From: Candidatus Eiseniibacteriota bacterium
GTDB taxonomy: Bacteria; Eisenbacteria; RBG-16-71-46
NCBI GenBank assembly: GCA_044223005.1
Contig: JBGAML010000002.1
Location: 32,001 to 96,000, forward strand
Direction: 5' to 3'
Length of the DNA: 64,000 nucleotides
Shown one piece after another: positions 32,564-42,620 of the stretch. Both the position numbers and the translations under genes were made by a program. The notes beneath the pieces were generated by a model. The model ran no database searches and was not told the origin of the DNA. It saw nothing but the letters and a program-made list of their open reading frames with translations. Positions within the stretch are counted from its first letter, which is position 1, and each line of letters starts with the position of its first letter.

Positions 32564-33900
32564 CGCAGTTCTCCCAGGGCGTGGAGGAGTCGGACGTGGG
32601 CGAGCGTGGCCGCGGACGTGGCGTCGATGGCGGCCGCACGGGCGGCGGTGGCCTCGGCGTCGGCGGCGAGGAGGTCGGTGAGCGGGAGCAGGCCGGAGCG
32701 GTAGCGCGCATCGGCGAGACGCAGCGCTTCTTCCGCCGCGGCGCGGCCGGCGAGCGCCGCGTCCATCTGTTCCGGTGCGACGTCGGCCGCGGCGCGGGCG
32801 GCGGCGAGCGCGACGCCGAGGTCGCGCTGCAGCGCCTGCGCGTTCGCGTCGGCCTGCGTCGCCTGCGCGCGAGCCGCGCGCCAGGCGTTGAGCCGCTGCG
32901 CACCGTCGAAGAGCGGGAAGTCGGCCGCGACGGCGAGCATCCAGCGGCGTTCCCACGAGCTGCCGGTGGCGGGGGCGTACTGCGAGACCGCGAGACGCGA
33001 GTTGAGCGAGGGCAGCAGCGCGAGCGCCGCCTGGTGCGACTGCGACGCCGCGGCCGCCGCCGCCTCGCGCGCCGCGGCGAGTTCGCCGCGCGCGCCGTCG
33101 CCGGCCGGGATCGGTGGGAGCACGCCCGCCGCACCGAGCGAATCCGCGTCGATCGGCGCGTGCACGAGCCCCGAGAGCCGCTGCAGCATGACGGCGAGCT
33201 GGCGCTTCGCGCCAAGGGAGCGGACGCGGGCCTCGCTCGCACGCGCCGAGGCGCGCAGCGTGTCGACGTCGGCGACCTGGCCCATGCGGAGCCGCTCCGC
33301 GGTGGCACCGCGCATCGCGTCCGCGAACGCGAGCGCCTGCGCCGCCGCGCGCGCGTTCTCGCGCGCCGCCACTGCGTCCACCCACGCTTCGGCCGCGCCG
33401 AGCAGCCGGTCGGCGACCGCGGCCCGCTCCATCTGCGTGGCCGCGCGCCCGTAACGGCCCGCGAGGCCCGGCGCGAGCAGTTCGCGCGCGCCGTTCCAGA
33501 TCGGCTGGTCCACCGTGATCGTCCACTGGCGGGCACTGCGGTCGCCGGGCTGGTTCAGCGCGTCGATCGCGAAATCGGAGGGCTCGAAACGTCCCTGCCA
33601 GAGCTTCTGTGAGAACAGCATCGCGGGATCGTCGCTGCGCGTGAAGCCCGCCGAGAGGGTGACGTGCGGTGAGAGATACGCCCACTGCTGGGCCGCCTGC
33701 GCCCGGCCGGCGGTGCCGGCGGCGTGGGCCGCGCGGACGGAGGGATCCTCGCGCCGCGTGGCGTCGAGCACGCGGGCGAGCGTCCAGGGATCGGCGTGAG
33801 CGGTCGCGGCGGCAGCGACCGCGAGCGCGAGCGCCGCGAGCAGCGGCAGGGCCCGCGTCGACGCGGCGGGCCGGCGGAAACGGCTGGGGAGTGTCGTCAT
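32560..33900 (-). CDS. TolC family outer-membrane efflux protein
   Basis: Signal peptide; 'QPIWNG', 'LP.L', 'PLFDG', 'A.EALRLA..RY.SG.....DLL.A'. Confidence 0.88.
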   Translation of the reverse strand: MTTLPSRFRRPAASTRALPLLAALALAVAAAATAHADPWTLARVLDATRREDPSVRAAHAAGTAGRAQAAQQWAYLSPHVTLSAGFTRSDDPAMLFSQKLWQGRFEPSDFAIDALNQPGDRSARQWTITVDQPIWNGARELLAPGLAGRYGRAATQMERAAVADRLLGAAEAWVDAVAARENARAAAQALAFADAMRGATAERLRMGQVADVDTLRASARASEARVRSLGAKRQLAVMLQRLSGLVHAPIDADSLGAAGVLPPIPAGDGARGELAAAREAAAAAASQSHQAALALLPSLNSRLAVSQYAPATGSSWERRWMLAVAADFPLFDGAQRLNAWRAARAQATQADANAQALQRDLGVALAAARAAADVAPEQMDAALAGRAAAEEALRLADARYRSGLLPLTDLLAADAEATAARAAAIDATSAATLAHVRLLHALGELR

Positions 33901-33908
33901 GGCACCGG

Positions 33909-33941
33909 GTGGGTGCCCTGCCCCGGGCAAAGGATTCCGGG
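33909..33941 (-). promoter_or_regulatory. Putative ECF promoter (copy 1) directly upstream of tolC
   Basis: Minus strand CCCGGAATCCTTTGCC-N9-GCACCCAC; identical boxes and spacing at 49129-49161. Confidence 0.6.
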
Positions 33942-33979
33942 CCGGGCGCGCGCCCGTAAACGTCTGCTAGGATGCGGTT

Positions 33980-34891
33980 ATGGCGACCGAATCCCGATCC
34001 CCCGTTCGCAGCTCCCAACGGAAGACGCTCTTCGTCGAAGCCGCGCCGAAGCATTCCGGCAAGCGCCCTGCGACGGACGCCCCGTCGCGCCGCGAGGAGG
34101 CGAAGCTGATCGCCGCCGCGCGCCGGGGCGACCGGGCCGCGCTCACGACGCTCGTCGAGCACGTCTCCGGGCCGGCCAGCCGCTTCAGCCGTGGCTTCTG
34201 CCGCGACCCGCACGACGCCGAGGACCTCGTGCAGGAGGTGCTGTCCACGCTCCTGCGCTCGCTGCCGTCGTTCCGCGGCGAGTCCTCGCTCTCGACCTGG
34301 ACGTACGTCGTCGCCCGCCGGGCGTGCGCGCGGCTCCGCCGCCGCGGCGCGCGCATGTCGGCGGTGGCGCCAGATTCGCCCGAGATCGCCAGCGCGCCCG
34401 ATCCGGGCGCGGGGCCGCAGCGGGGCGCGGAGCGTCGCCAGCTCGGCGAGGCGATCGAGCGCGCCATCGCCTCGCTGCCCATGCCGCAGCGCGAGGTGCT
34501 CGTGCTGCGCGACGTCGAAGGCATGAGCGCCGCCGAGGTGGGCGAGGTGCTGGGGCTGGGCGAACGCGCCGTGAAGTCGCGCCTGCACCGCGCGCGGCTG
34601 GCGCTGCGCACGCTGCTCGCGCCCTACGTGGGCACCGGCGAGCGCCACGCGCCGGGGCCGAGCTGCCCCGACACGGCGCGCATGCTCAGCCGCTACATGG
34701 AGGGCGAGCTGAGCCCCGGAGTCTGCGCGCGCATGGAAGAGCACGTGCGCGCCTGTCCCGCCTGCGGCGACGCCTGCCACTCGCTGCGCGAGGTGCTCGG
34801 CGCGTGCCGCTCCCACGGCGAGCGCACGCTGCCGGCGGACGTGCGGCAGGCCGTGCGCGTCGCGGTGCGCGAGGCGCTCGGGATCGGGTAG
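33980..34891 (+). CDS. ECF sigma-70 factor with C-terminal fused zf-HC2 (ZAS) domain
   Basis: Region 2 'DAEDLVQE......L.SFRGESS.STW.Y'; region 4 'REVLVLRDVEG.S..EV..VLG....AVKSRLHRAR'; C-terminal 'C......LS.Y.EGEL......MEEHVRACPAC'. Confidence 0.9.
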   Translation: MATESRSPVRSSQRKTLFVEAAPKHSGKRPATDAPSRREEAKLIAAARRGDRAALTTLVEHVSGPASRFSRGFCRDPHDAEDLVQEVLSTLLRSLPSFRGESSLSTWTYVVARRACARLRRRGARMSAVAPDSPEIASAPDPGAGPQRGAERRQLGEAIERAIASLPMPQREVLVLRDVEGMSAAEVGEVLGLGERAVKSRLHRARLALRTLLAPYVGTGERHAPGPSCPDTARMLSRYMEGELSPGVCARMEEHVRACPACGDACHSLREVLGACRSHGERTLPADVRQAVRVAVREALGIG

Positions 34892-34915
34892 GCGAGGTTC
34901 CCGCGCGGCGACGAA

Positions 34916-34957
34916 ACACGACGGCCCGGCGGTCTTTCGACCGCCGGGCCGTCGTGT
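34916..34957. terminator. Perfect 19-bp hairpin between convergent genes
   Basis: ACACGACGGCCCGGCGGTC-tttc-GACCGCCGGGCCGTCGTGT. Confidence 0.7.
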
Positions 34958-34967
34958 GAGCGTTTGC

Positions 34968-35345
34968 TCAGGCGACCTGCTTCATCGCCTCGCGCACCTC
35001 GCGCGCGCTCGCGCGCCCTTCGGCGATCGCGAGCTGCGTGAGCACGACCTTGAGGTTCGCGCGGGGCGCGGGCAGGCCGCGGGCCTGCAGGTCCGCCTCG
35101 AGCTTCGTGAGCAGGGGCTCGACCACGCCGGGCAGCGCGAGCGCGTCGCCGCTCCAGTTCGCGCGCAGGTACTCGCGCGCCTCGTCCTGGATCGCCTTCG
35201 TCACCTGGAGCAGGTCGGAGAGCGAGGTCACGCCGGCCACGCTCGCGGCGCCTCGCCGGGCGAGGATCGGGCGGACGACGACCAGCATGACGACGATGTC
35301 GATCACGACGAACGCGACGATGGCGACGATCACGATGGGATTCAC
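34968..35345 (-). CDS. Hypothetical protein with N-terminal TM helix
   Basis: GAGG RBS, strong hydrophobic N-terminus, co-oriented with the pilT operon. Confidence 0.65.
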   Translation of the reverse strand: MNPIVIVAIVAFVVIDIVVMLVVVRPILARRGAASVAGVTSLSDLLQVTKAIQDEAREYLRANWSGDALALPGVVEPLLTKLEADLQARGLPAPRANLKVVLTQLAIAEGRASAREVREAMKQVA

Positions 35346-35355
35346 GGAGCGTTCC

Positions 35356-36795
35356 TCACGCGGCCTTGCGGCCCTTCTTGAGCGTACGGGTCAGTTCCGC
35401 GGCGAGCGCGGCCATGGGATCGGCGGTTGAAGCGGTCGACTTCGGGGCCGGGGCCGGCGCGGACTCCTCGGCATGCGCGACCGGCTCGGGTGCGGCCGAC
35501 GCGGCGGCCGCGGCCGGAGCCACGGCGGGCGCCGACGTGCGGACGGGCACCACGGTGAACGCGGGCAGCGCGTTGGCGCGAGGCACGACGTGCAGCACGG
35601 TGAGCGGCAGGTCGGCGAGCAGCGCCTCGATACCGTCCCCGCTGCGGCGGCCGACGCGCGCGCACCAGCGCGCGAGCGCGTGTGCGCTCTCGTGCGCGGG
35701 CACCGCGACCACGACGCGCGTCGCCGAGCCGATCGCGGCGAGGCTCGCGCCGGCGTGCGGGGCGTCGAACGCGGCGACGTCGGGCGACATGGCCTCGACC
35801 ATCTCCGCCGTACGCGGACCGCTCGCGCGCACGATCACGCCCGTGCCGTCCTCGTGGCGCCAGCGGCCGTGATCGGTCGCGAGCAGCACCGCGCCCGCGC
35901 GCTGGCGCGCGAGCTGCGCGATGCAGGCGTGGAAGAGCCGCTCGGTCGTGGCGGCCTCGGGGCCCGAGACGATCAGCAGCCCGGCGCTCTCGGCGAGGCA
36001 CTCGCGCAGCTGGTCGTGACGGCCCTCGAACCCGGCCAGCTCCGGCGGTGCGAGCGCGGCGGCGCGGAGCCACAGCGCCTCGTTCTCGCCGCTCACCGAG
36101 GTGACCGTGTACGTGCGGCCGTCCTCGTGCTCCACCGACCACGTCGTGACGCCCGCGGCGTCGGCCACGGGCCGCTCGCCCGCGTACCCTTCGAGCAGTT
36201 TGGCCCGCAGCTGCTCGAACGCGCCGCGGTCCACCGGCTGAGCGCCGGCGCCGCGCCACACCCCGGCGAGCCGCGCGCGCGCGAGTTCGCCCGGGCGGAA
36301 GAGGAGCGCGTCGGACGGATCGCGCAGCAGCTCGAACGGCGTCGCGTCCGGATCGTCGGACGACGGCAGCGGGCGCGTCTGCGTCGCCACCGACTGGAAC
36401 GCCTGGCGCAGCGCATCGAGGCTGCTCGCGCGCCGCGCGAGCCGGTCGACCTCGCCGCCCGATTCGCCCGCGCCGAGCTCGTCCATGCGCCGGGCGGCCT
36501 CCATCATGAGACCTTCGGTGTTCTCGGTGATCGTGTGCGCGCCGGAGGCGGAGCCGGCGACGAACGTGAACGTGCCGGTCTTCCAGCCGAACAGGACGTA
36601 CGCCGCGCCTTCGCCCTCGTGGTACTCGTCGTCCACGGCGTTCACGATCTGGCCCTGGTCGAAGTAGAAGTAGCCCTTGCGGCCCTCGGAGACGATGCTC
36701 AGCTCGCCGCTCGCTCGGTTGAGCATGAAGAGCTGCCCGAGATCGAACAGCGAGAGCAGGCCGAGCTCGCCCGAAAGGACGGGTGCCGCGGGCAT
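35356..36795 (-). CDS. DUF4388 (PatA_N-like) domain fused to a degenerate PilT-like ATPase fold
   Basis: N-terminus 'LSGELG..SL.DL.QL....R.SG.L.I....G..YF..G.IV.A...GE.A...LF.W..G.F.F...EGL.MEAARRMDE'; the remainder is collinear with the adjacent PilT. Confidence 0.7.
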   Translation of the reverse strand: MPAAPVLSGELGLLSLFDLGQLFMLNRASGELSIVSEGRKGYFYFDQGQIVNAVDDEYHEGEGAAYVLFGWKTGTFTFVAGSASGAHTITENTEGLMMEAARRMDELGAGESGGEVDRLARRASSLDALRQAFQSVATQTRPLPSSDDPDATPFELLRDPSDALLFRPGELARARLAGVWRGAGAQPVDRGAFEQLRAKLLEGYAGERPVADAAGVTTWSVEHEDGRTYTVTSVSGENEALWLRAAALAPPELAGFEGRHDQLRECLAESAGLLIVSGPEAATTERLFHACIAQLARQRAGAVLLATDHGRWRHEDGTGVIVRASGPRTAEMVEAMSPDVAAFDAPHAGASLAAIGSATRVVVAVPAHESAHALARWCARVGRRSGDGIEALLADLPLTVLHVVPRANALPAFTVVPVRTSAPAVAPAAAAASAAPEPVAHAEESAPAPAPKSTASTADPMAALAAELTRTLKKGRKAA

Positions 36796-37883
36796 CAGGC
36801 CGCCTGTGCGCGCGGAGCCGGGGGCGCGATGCGCTCGAGCGTGGGCAGCAGGTCCTTGCTCGAGAGGTGCGCGATCGCGTCCTCGACGGCGACGGCGCCC
36901 TCGCGCACGAGCTGCATGACGGCTTCGTCCATCGTCTGCATGCCGTCCTTCTTGCCCGTCTGGATCACCGACTGCAGCTGGAAGGTCTTCTTCTCGCGGA
37001 TGAGCGCGGAGACGGCGGACGTGCCCATGAGCACCTCCATCGCGAGCACGCGCCCGCGGCCGTCGCGCCGGCGCAGCAGCCGCTGCGCGAGCACGCCCTT
37101 CAGCGATTCGGAGAGCATGAGGCGCGCCTGCGACTGCCGCTCGCCGTCGAAGGAATCGAGGATGCGGTCCACCGTCTGCGTGGCGCTCATGGTGTGCAAC
37201 GTCGCGAACACGAGCTGGCCCGTGGCCGCGGCGGTCATCGCCAGCGCCATGGTCTCGACGTCGCGCATCTCGCCGACCATGATCACGTCCGGGTCCTCGC
37301 GCAGCGCGCCGTGCAGCGCCTTGGCGAAGCTCGGCGTGTTGCGGCCGACCTCGCGCTGCGTGACCAGGCACTCCTTGTTCTGGTGCCGGTACTCGATCGG
37401 GTCCTCGATCGTGAGGATGTGCTTGCGGCGCGAACGATTGATGTGGTCCAGGAGCGCCGCGAGCGTGCTCGACTTGCCCGTGCCCGGAGGCCCGGTCACC
37501 ACGACGAGCCCGCGCGGCAGGTCCGTGAGTCGCACGAGGTCCGCGGGCAGGCCGAGCTGTTCCATGGACAGGATCTGGCTCGGCAGCATGCGGAACGCGC
37601 CGGCGGGACCGCGGCTCTGCTCGTAGATGTTGCAGCGCGCGCGCACGACGCCGGGGACTTCGTAGGAGAAGTCGACGTCCTTGAACTGGTCGAACCGCGC
37701 GCGGACCGCCGAGTCCATGATCTCGAAGAGCAGCAGCTCGCTCATCTCGCGCGTCAGCGGCTCGTACGGAATCGGCGTGATGTCGCCGTTGATCCGCACC
37801 ATCGGCGGGGAACCGGTCGTCATGTGCAGGTCGGAAGCGCCCTGCTCCTTGACCAGCTTCAGGATTGCGTCGATTCGCGCCAT
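36795..37883 (-). CDS. pilT: Type IV pilus retraction ATPase PilT/PilU family
   Basis: 'GASDLH', Walker A GPPGTGKS, 'TIEDPIEY', 'QREVG', 'LREDPDVIMVGEMRD', 'TLHT', 'GMQTMD'. Confidence 0.93.
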   Translation of the reverse strand: MARIDAILKLVKEQGASDLHMTTGSPPMVRINGDITPIPYEPLTREMSELLLFEIMDSAVRARFDQFKDVDFSYEVPGVVRARCNIYEQSRGPAGAFRMLPSQILSMEQLGLPADLVRLTDLPRGLVVVTGPPGTGKSSTLAALLDHINRSRRKHILTIEDPIEYRHQNKECLVTQREVGRNTPSFAKALHGALREDPDVIMVGEMRDVETMALAMTAAATGQLVFATLHTMSATQTVDRILDSFDGERQSQARLMLSESLKGVLAQRLLRRRDGRGRVLAMEVLMGTSAVSALIREKKTFQLQSVIQTGKKDGMQTMDEAVMQLVREGAVAVEDAIAHLSSKDLLPTLERIAPPAPRAQAA

Positions 37884-38055
37884 GGCCGTCCGTCACGTGG
37901 GGCCCTGTCGCCGCGCGGCGTGCGCGGGGCGGGGTTCTCCGGGGTTTTCGGCCCTTCCCGGCCGGCCCTGCACCCCGAACTGTCGCCCGGGGGGCCTCAA
38001 ATCCCCGGCCGGGGCTGCCGATACCGGTAGGGACGACCCCCCGGGAGGAGACGGG

Positions 38056-38550
38056 ATGCCCCAGTACGTCGAGAAGATCCGCGTCCCGGTCCGGCTCGCC
38101 CGGAGTGGGCAGCCACCGATCGCGGGCCTGATCTCGCTGTCACCACGCGCCGAGCTGCACGACGGCCCCGAGACGCTGCTCGAATGCCTGAACGCCGCGC
38201 CCCGCGTGCTGCCGTTCCAGCTCGCCGACGGCGATTCGGTGCTGCTGGTCTCGCGCGAGCACATCGACTGGGTCGAGTCCGACGCGTCGATCGAGGCCCG
38301 GCTCGTGCGACCGCCGACGTTCATGGCGACGCGCGAGGAGCGCGTGCGCGTGCGCACCGCCGCGGGCGAGACGTTCGAGGGCGTGATCGCGATGGAGATG
38401 CCGCACGAGTTCAATCGCGCCTCCGACTACCTGAACGGCCCCGAGGCGTTCTTCCCGCTCCGCACCCCGACCGGCACGCGCCTGCTCAACAAGGCCCGCG
38501 TGGTGGACGTGCTCGTGCGCGGGAGCGTGCCGATCCCGAACGCGGCGTAG
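38056..38550 (+). CDS. Hypothetical protein with two similar beta domains (DUF6812-like)
   Basis: GGAGGAG RBS; repeated 'V.V.......I.G.I.....R...D.LN....F.P.......L.N...I..V'. Confidence 0.6.
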   Translation: MPQYVEKIRVPVRLARSGQPPIAGLISLSPRAELHDGPETLLECLNAAPRVLPFQLADGDSVLLVSREHIDWVESDASIEARLVRPPTFMATREERVRVRTAAGETFEGVIAMEMPHEFNRASDYLNGPEAFFPLRTPTGTRLLNKARVVDVLVRGSVPIPNAA

Positions 38551-38592
38551 GCGCGGGGCGGGGCACCCGACGATCCGCACCCTCGCGGTCGA

Positions 38593-40842
38593 TTGGACGG
38601 CATGGACGTCGGCGCGCGGCACTGGGAGTATCGCTATGAGGACGCCCGTGGCCGCCTGACGACGATCGTGGATCCCATGCTGCATGAGACGCACTTCGCC
38701 TACGACGAAGCCGACCGGCTCCTCTGGCAGCAGTTGCCGGGGAGTGACGACAGCGCGCGCGTGTACTTCGATCACGATGCCGAGGGCAACCTGACGGGCG
38801 TGAAGCCCCCGGGGCGCTCCTTCCACAACTTCACGCTCACCCCGGGCGCGCTGACACAGGCCTACGATCCGCCGGACGTGCTCGGGCTCGCCGTCGACCA
38901 GACGAGCTACCAGTACAACCTCGATCGGCAGCTCGAGCACCTGTATCGCCCGGACGGCCTGGCCGTGGATCTCGGCTACGAGAGCGGGACCGGGCGACTG
39001 GTCTCCGTGACCCAGCCGCGGGGCACCTCGAGCCTGACGTACGTCCCGGGCCCGGGCGGCAATGGCGCCGGGCACGCGCAGAGCTTGAGCTCACCGGATG
39101 GTGTCGGGCTCACGTTCGGCTATGACGGCAGCCTGCCGACCTCGGAGACGTGGGGCTTCGGTGGCGGCGTGACCGGCTCCGTCAGCTACGCGTTCGACGA
39201 GAACTTCTGGCCCACCTCCCAGACCGTCCAGGGCTCCACCGGCGCAGCGAGCACGCTCACCTACGACTTCGACGCCGACGGCCTGGTGACGAGCGCCACG
39301 ATCAACGGCGGGCCCGCGCTGGCGTTGCAGCCCGATTCGGTGACGTCCCTGCTCGCCAACACGCGCATCGCCGGCGTGCAGACTCGCTACGGGTACAACC
39401 CCTACGCCGAGCTGACTTCGACGGCGACGTGGGTCGGCTCCGACACGCTTTACGCGGCCACCTATGAGCGCGACGACCTGGGACGGATCACCCGCATCGT
39501 CGAGACGACTGACGGCACCACCACCGATCGCGCCTACACCTACCACGACCGCGGCTGGCTCAAAGGCGTGAGGGATTCGATCGGCCACGTCGCGCTGGGC
39601 AGCTACGCCTACGACCTGAACGGCAACGACACCCTCGCCGTGGACGACCGCGGCTCACGCAGTGGCCACTACGACGCGCAGGATCGCCTGACCGCGCTCG
39701 GCGGCGCGACTTACGGCTACACCGCGGCCGGCGAGCGCACCGCGCGCACGGTGGGGAGCGCCACCGACAGCACCTACTACGACCTGCTCGGCAACCTCAC
39801 TCGGGTCAAGCTCGCGAGCGGCGACGTGCTCGAGTACCGGGTCGACGGCAAGAACCGCCGCGTGGCCCGGTTGCTCAACGGCACGCTGACGGCCCGCTGG
39901 CTCTACGGCAACGACCTCGCCGTGGTGGGCGAGCTGGATGGCTCGGGCGCGCTGGTGAAGAGATTCGTGTACGCGAGCTCGGGGCACGTGCCCGACCTGA
40001 TGATCGTGCGCAATCCCTCCGGCCCGGACAGCACCTACCGGATCGTCACCGACCACCTGGGCAGCGTGCGGCTGGTGGTAAACGCAAGCACCGGGTGGGT
40101 GGCCCAACACATGGATTACGACGCGTGGGGCCACGTGACGCGCGACACGCGGGCCGGCTTCACGCCCTTCGGCTACGCGGGCGGGCTCTACGACCCGGCG
40201 ACCGGCCTCGTGCGCTTCGGCGCGCGAGACTACGACGCGGATGCGGGGGTGTGGACGGCGAAAGACCCCCTCGGCACGCCGGTCTCACGCGGCACCTATT
40301 GCTATTGCGGCGACAATCCAATAGACCGGATCGATCCAAGCGGCCTAGTCGACACACGAGCCTTGCTAAGCGCGGGGTTCGGTCTAGCAACGAACATCGC
40401 ATTGTTTTCGACAGGTCTATTCTTCAGCGAAACCGGCGCCGGTGTGATTGTGGCGGCATATGGCGCATACGGCATTGGCGCCAATATTGGCAATATTGGC
40501 AATGCTCTTGCCGACCGCCCCAGTGGGCCGACCGGCCCGATACAGACGACGTCTCAGCTCGGGATGTTGGCTGGTGGCGTTGACGCTGGTGGCAGGACTT
40601 GGAACGTCGTCGACATGCTGGCGCAGGTTGGAGACGCCGCCGTCCCAACATTGGCTGCGGGGCAAATCGACATGCGCGGGGCTGTAAAGCCCCTTGGGCC
40701 GGCCGGCTCGGCGCTTGGATTTGTAGAAAGGGCGCACGTTCCTCCCGAGAAGGCCTATCCGCTATTGCGAGTTGCCGCATTCGCAAATCTGTTTCTAGAT
40801 GCGATGGACATCCTGCGAAAGTGGCCCTGCCTATTCCCATGA
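38593..40842 (+). CDS. Rhs/YD-repeat protein, N-terminally incomplete, with variable C-terminal toxin domain
   Basis: YD repeats; core 'TDHLGSVRLV...YDAWG...PFGYAGGLYD..TGLVRFGARDYD...G.W..KDP...Y.Y....PI..IDPSGL'; GC falls after about 40300; no clear start or signal. Confidence 0.85.
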   Translation: MDGMDVGARHWEYRYEDARGRLTTIVDPMLHETHFAYDEADRLLWQQLPGSDDSARVYFDHDAEGNLTGVKPPGRSFHNFTLTPGALTQAYDPPDVLGLAVDQTSYQYNLDRQLEHLYRPDGLAVDLGYESGTGRLVSVTQPRGTSSLTYVPGPGGNGAGHAQSLSSPDGVGLTFGYDGSLPTSETWGFGGGVTGSVSYAFDENFWPTSQTVQGSTGAASTLTYDFDADGLVTSATINGGPALALQPDSVTSLLANTRIAGVQTRYGYNPYAELTSTATWVGSDTLYAATYERDDLGRITRIVETTDGTTTDRAYTYHDRGWLKGVRDSIGHVALGSYAYDLNGNDTLAVDDRGSRSGHYDAQDRLTALGGATYGYTAAGERTARTVGSATDSTYYDLLGNLTRVKLASGDVLEYRVDGKNRRVARLLNGTLTARWLYGNDLAVVGELDGSGALVKRFVYASSGHVPDLMIVRNPSGPDSTYRIVTDHLGSVRLVVNASTGWVAQHMDYDAWGHVTRDTRAGFTPFGYAGGLYDPATGLVRFGARDYDADAGVWTAKDPLGTPVSRGTYCYCGDNPIDRIDPSGLVDTRALLSAGFGLATNIALFSTGLFFSETGAGVIVAAYGAYGIGANIGNIGNALADRPSGPTGPIQTTSQLGMLAGGVDAGGRTWNVVDMLAQVGDAAVPTLAAGQIDMRGAVKPLGPAGSALGFVERAHVPPEKAYPLLRVAAFANLFLDAMDILRKWPCLFP
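38920..40254 (+). repeat. About 1.3-kb Rhs core, direct repeat copy 1
   Basis: Highly similar at nucleotide level to 41286-42620 (offset 2366). Confidence 0.9.
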
Positions 40843-41141
40843 GGTTCTATATGGAGAGAATGACCCGCCTAGCCATAGTGGCAATGTGTGTCTCTATGAA
40901 CTTCTTGATTGGCCTAGGCCTTGGCCCGAGATGCACGCCGAGCCGAGGCATGAGTTCTGAGGGCGTGGCGATCGGACTCGCCGCTCTCGTGCTGTTTGCC
41001 CTAGCCGCGTGGTCTGGGAGCTGGATCTTCATTGCTCGTCGACGGCCTCGCACATTCTTGTGGCTCTTCCTTCTGATCAATGTCCTGCCATTCGTGATAG
41101 GTTTGGCAACTGGCATGCAATATCGACATGCCACGCGCTAG
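40839..41141 (+). CDS. Putative membrane immunity protein for Rhs-CT1
   Basis: ATGA overlap with toxin stop; about three hydrophobic helices; low GC. Confidence 0.6.
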   Translation: MRFYMERMTRLAIVAMCVSMNFLIGLGLGPRCTPSRGMSSEGVAIGLAALVLFALAAWSGSWIFIARRRPRTFLWLFLLINVLPFVIGLATGMQYRHATR

Positions 41142-41285
41142 TCTTGAAAAGGCAGTGCCCTTGACCGCCCGTCGTTGAGCCCGCGCAAGCTCGATCGTGG
41201 CGGCCGTCCCGGTAGGAGTGATGCCCCGGCCGTGCCCATTAGGTCTATCCGCATTTCGCTCGAGAATGGTCTCGTGCCGTCGCTC

Positions 41286-42620
41286 CTCGACCGCCAGCTC
41301 GAGCACCTCCACCGTCCGGATGGCCAGGCCGTGGATCTCGGCTACGAGAGCGGGACCGGGCGGCTGGTCTCCGTGACCCAGCCGCGGGGCACCTCGAGCC
41401 TGACGTACGTCCCGGGCCCGGGCGGCAATGGCGCCGGGCACGTGCAGAGCTTGAGCTCACCGGATGGTGTCGGGCTCACGTTCGGCTACGACGGCAGCCT
41501 GCCGACCTCCGAGGCGTGGGACTTCGGCGGCGGCGTGACCGGCTCCGTCGGCTACGCGTTCGACGAGAACTTCTGGCCCACCTCCCAGACCGTCCAGGGC
41601 TCCACCGGCGCAGCGAGCACGCTCACCTACGACTTCGATGACGACGGCCTGGTGAAGGTCGCCGCGGTGAGCGGCGGGCCCGCGCTGGGCCTGACGCCCG
41701 ATCCGACCACCTCCCTGCTCGACAGCATGCGTGTCGCCGGCGTGCAGACTCGTTACGCCTACAACCCCTACGCCGAGCTGACTTCGACGGCGACGTGGGT
41801 CGGCTCCGACACGCTTTACGCGGCCACCTATGAGCGCGACGACCTGGGACGAATCACCCGCATCGTCGAGACGACTGACGGCACCACCACCGATCGCGGC
41901 TACGCTTACCACGACCGTGGCTGGCTCATCGGAGTGCGGGATTCGATCGGCCACGTCATGCTGGGCAGCTACGCCTACGACCTGAACGGTAACGACACCC
42001 TCGCCGTGGACGACCGGGGCTCACGCAGCGGCCACTACGACGAGCAGGATCGCCTGACCGCGCTCGGCGATGCCACATTCCGCTACACCGCCGCCGGCGA
42101 GCGCATCTCACGCACCGTGGGCAGCGACAGCGTCACGACGACCTACGACCTGCTCGGCAACCTGACGAAGGTCAAGCTCGCGAACGGGGACAGCATCGAG
42201 TACCGGGTGGACGGCAAGAACCGCCGCGTGGCCCGGTTGCTCAACGGCACGCTGACGGCCCGCTGGCTCTACGGCAACGATCTCGCCGTGGTGGGCGAGC
42301 TCGATGGCTCGGGCGCGCTGGTGAAGAGATTCGTGTACGCCAGTTCGAGCCACGTGCCGGACCTGATGATCGTGCGCAATCCCTCCGGCCCCGACAGCAC
42401 GTACCGGATCGTCGCCGACCAGGTTGGCAGCGTGCGGCTGGTGGTGAACGCTAGCACCGGCTGGGTGGCCCAGCGCATGGACTACGACGCCTGGGGCCAT
42501 GTGACGAACGACACGCGGCCGGGGTTCACGCCGTTCGGGTTCGCGGGCGGGCTCTACGATGCCGCGACCGGCCTCGTGCGCTTCGGGGCGCGGGACTACG
42601 ATGCGGATGCGGCGGTGTGG
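41286..42620 (+). repeat. About 1.3-kb Rhs core, direct repeat copy 2
   Basis: Matches 38920-40254. Confidence 0.9.
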
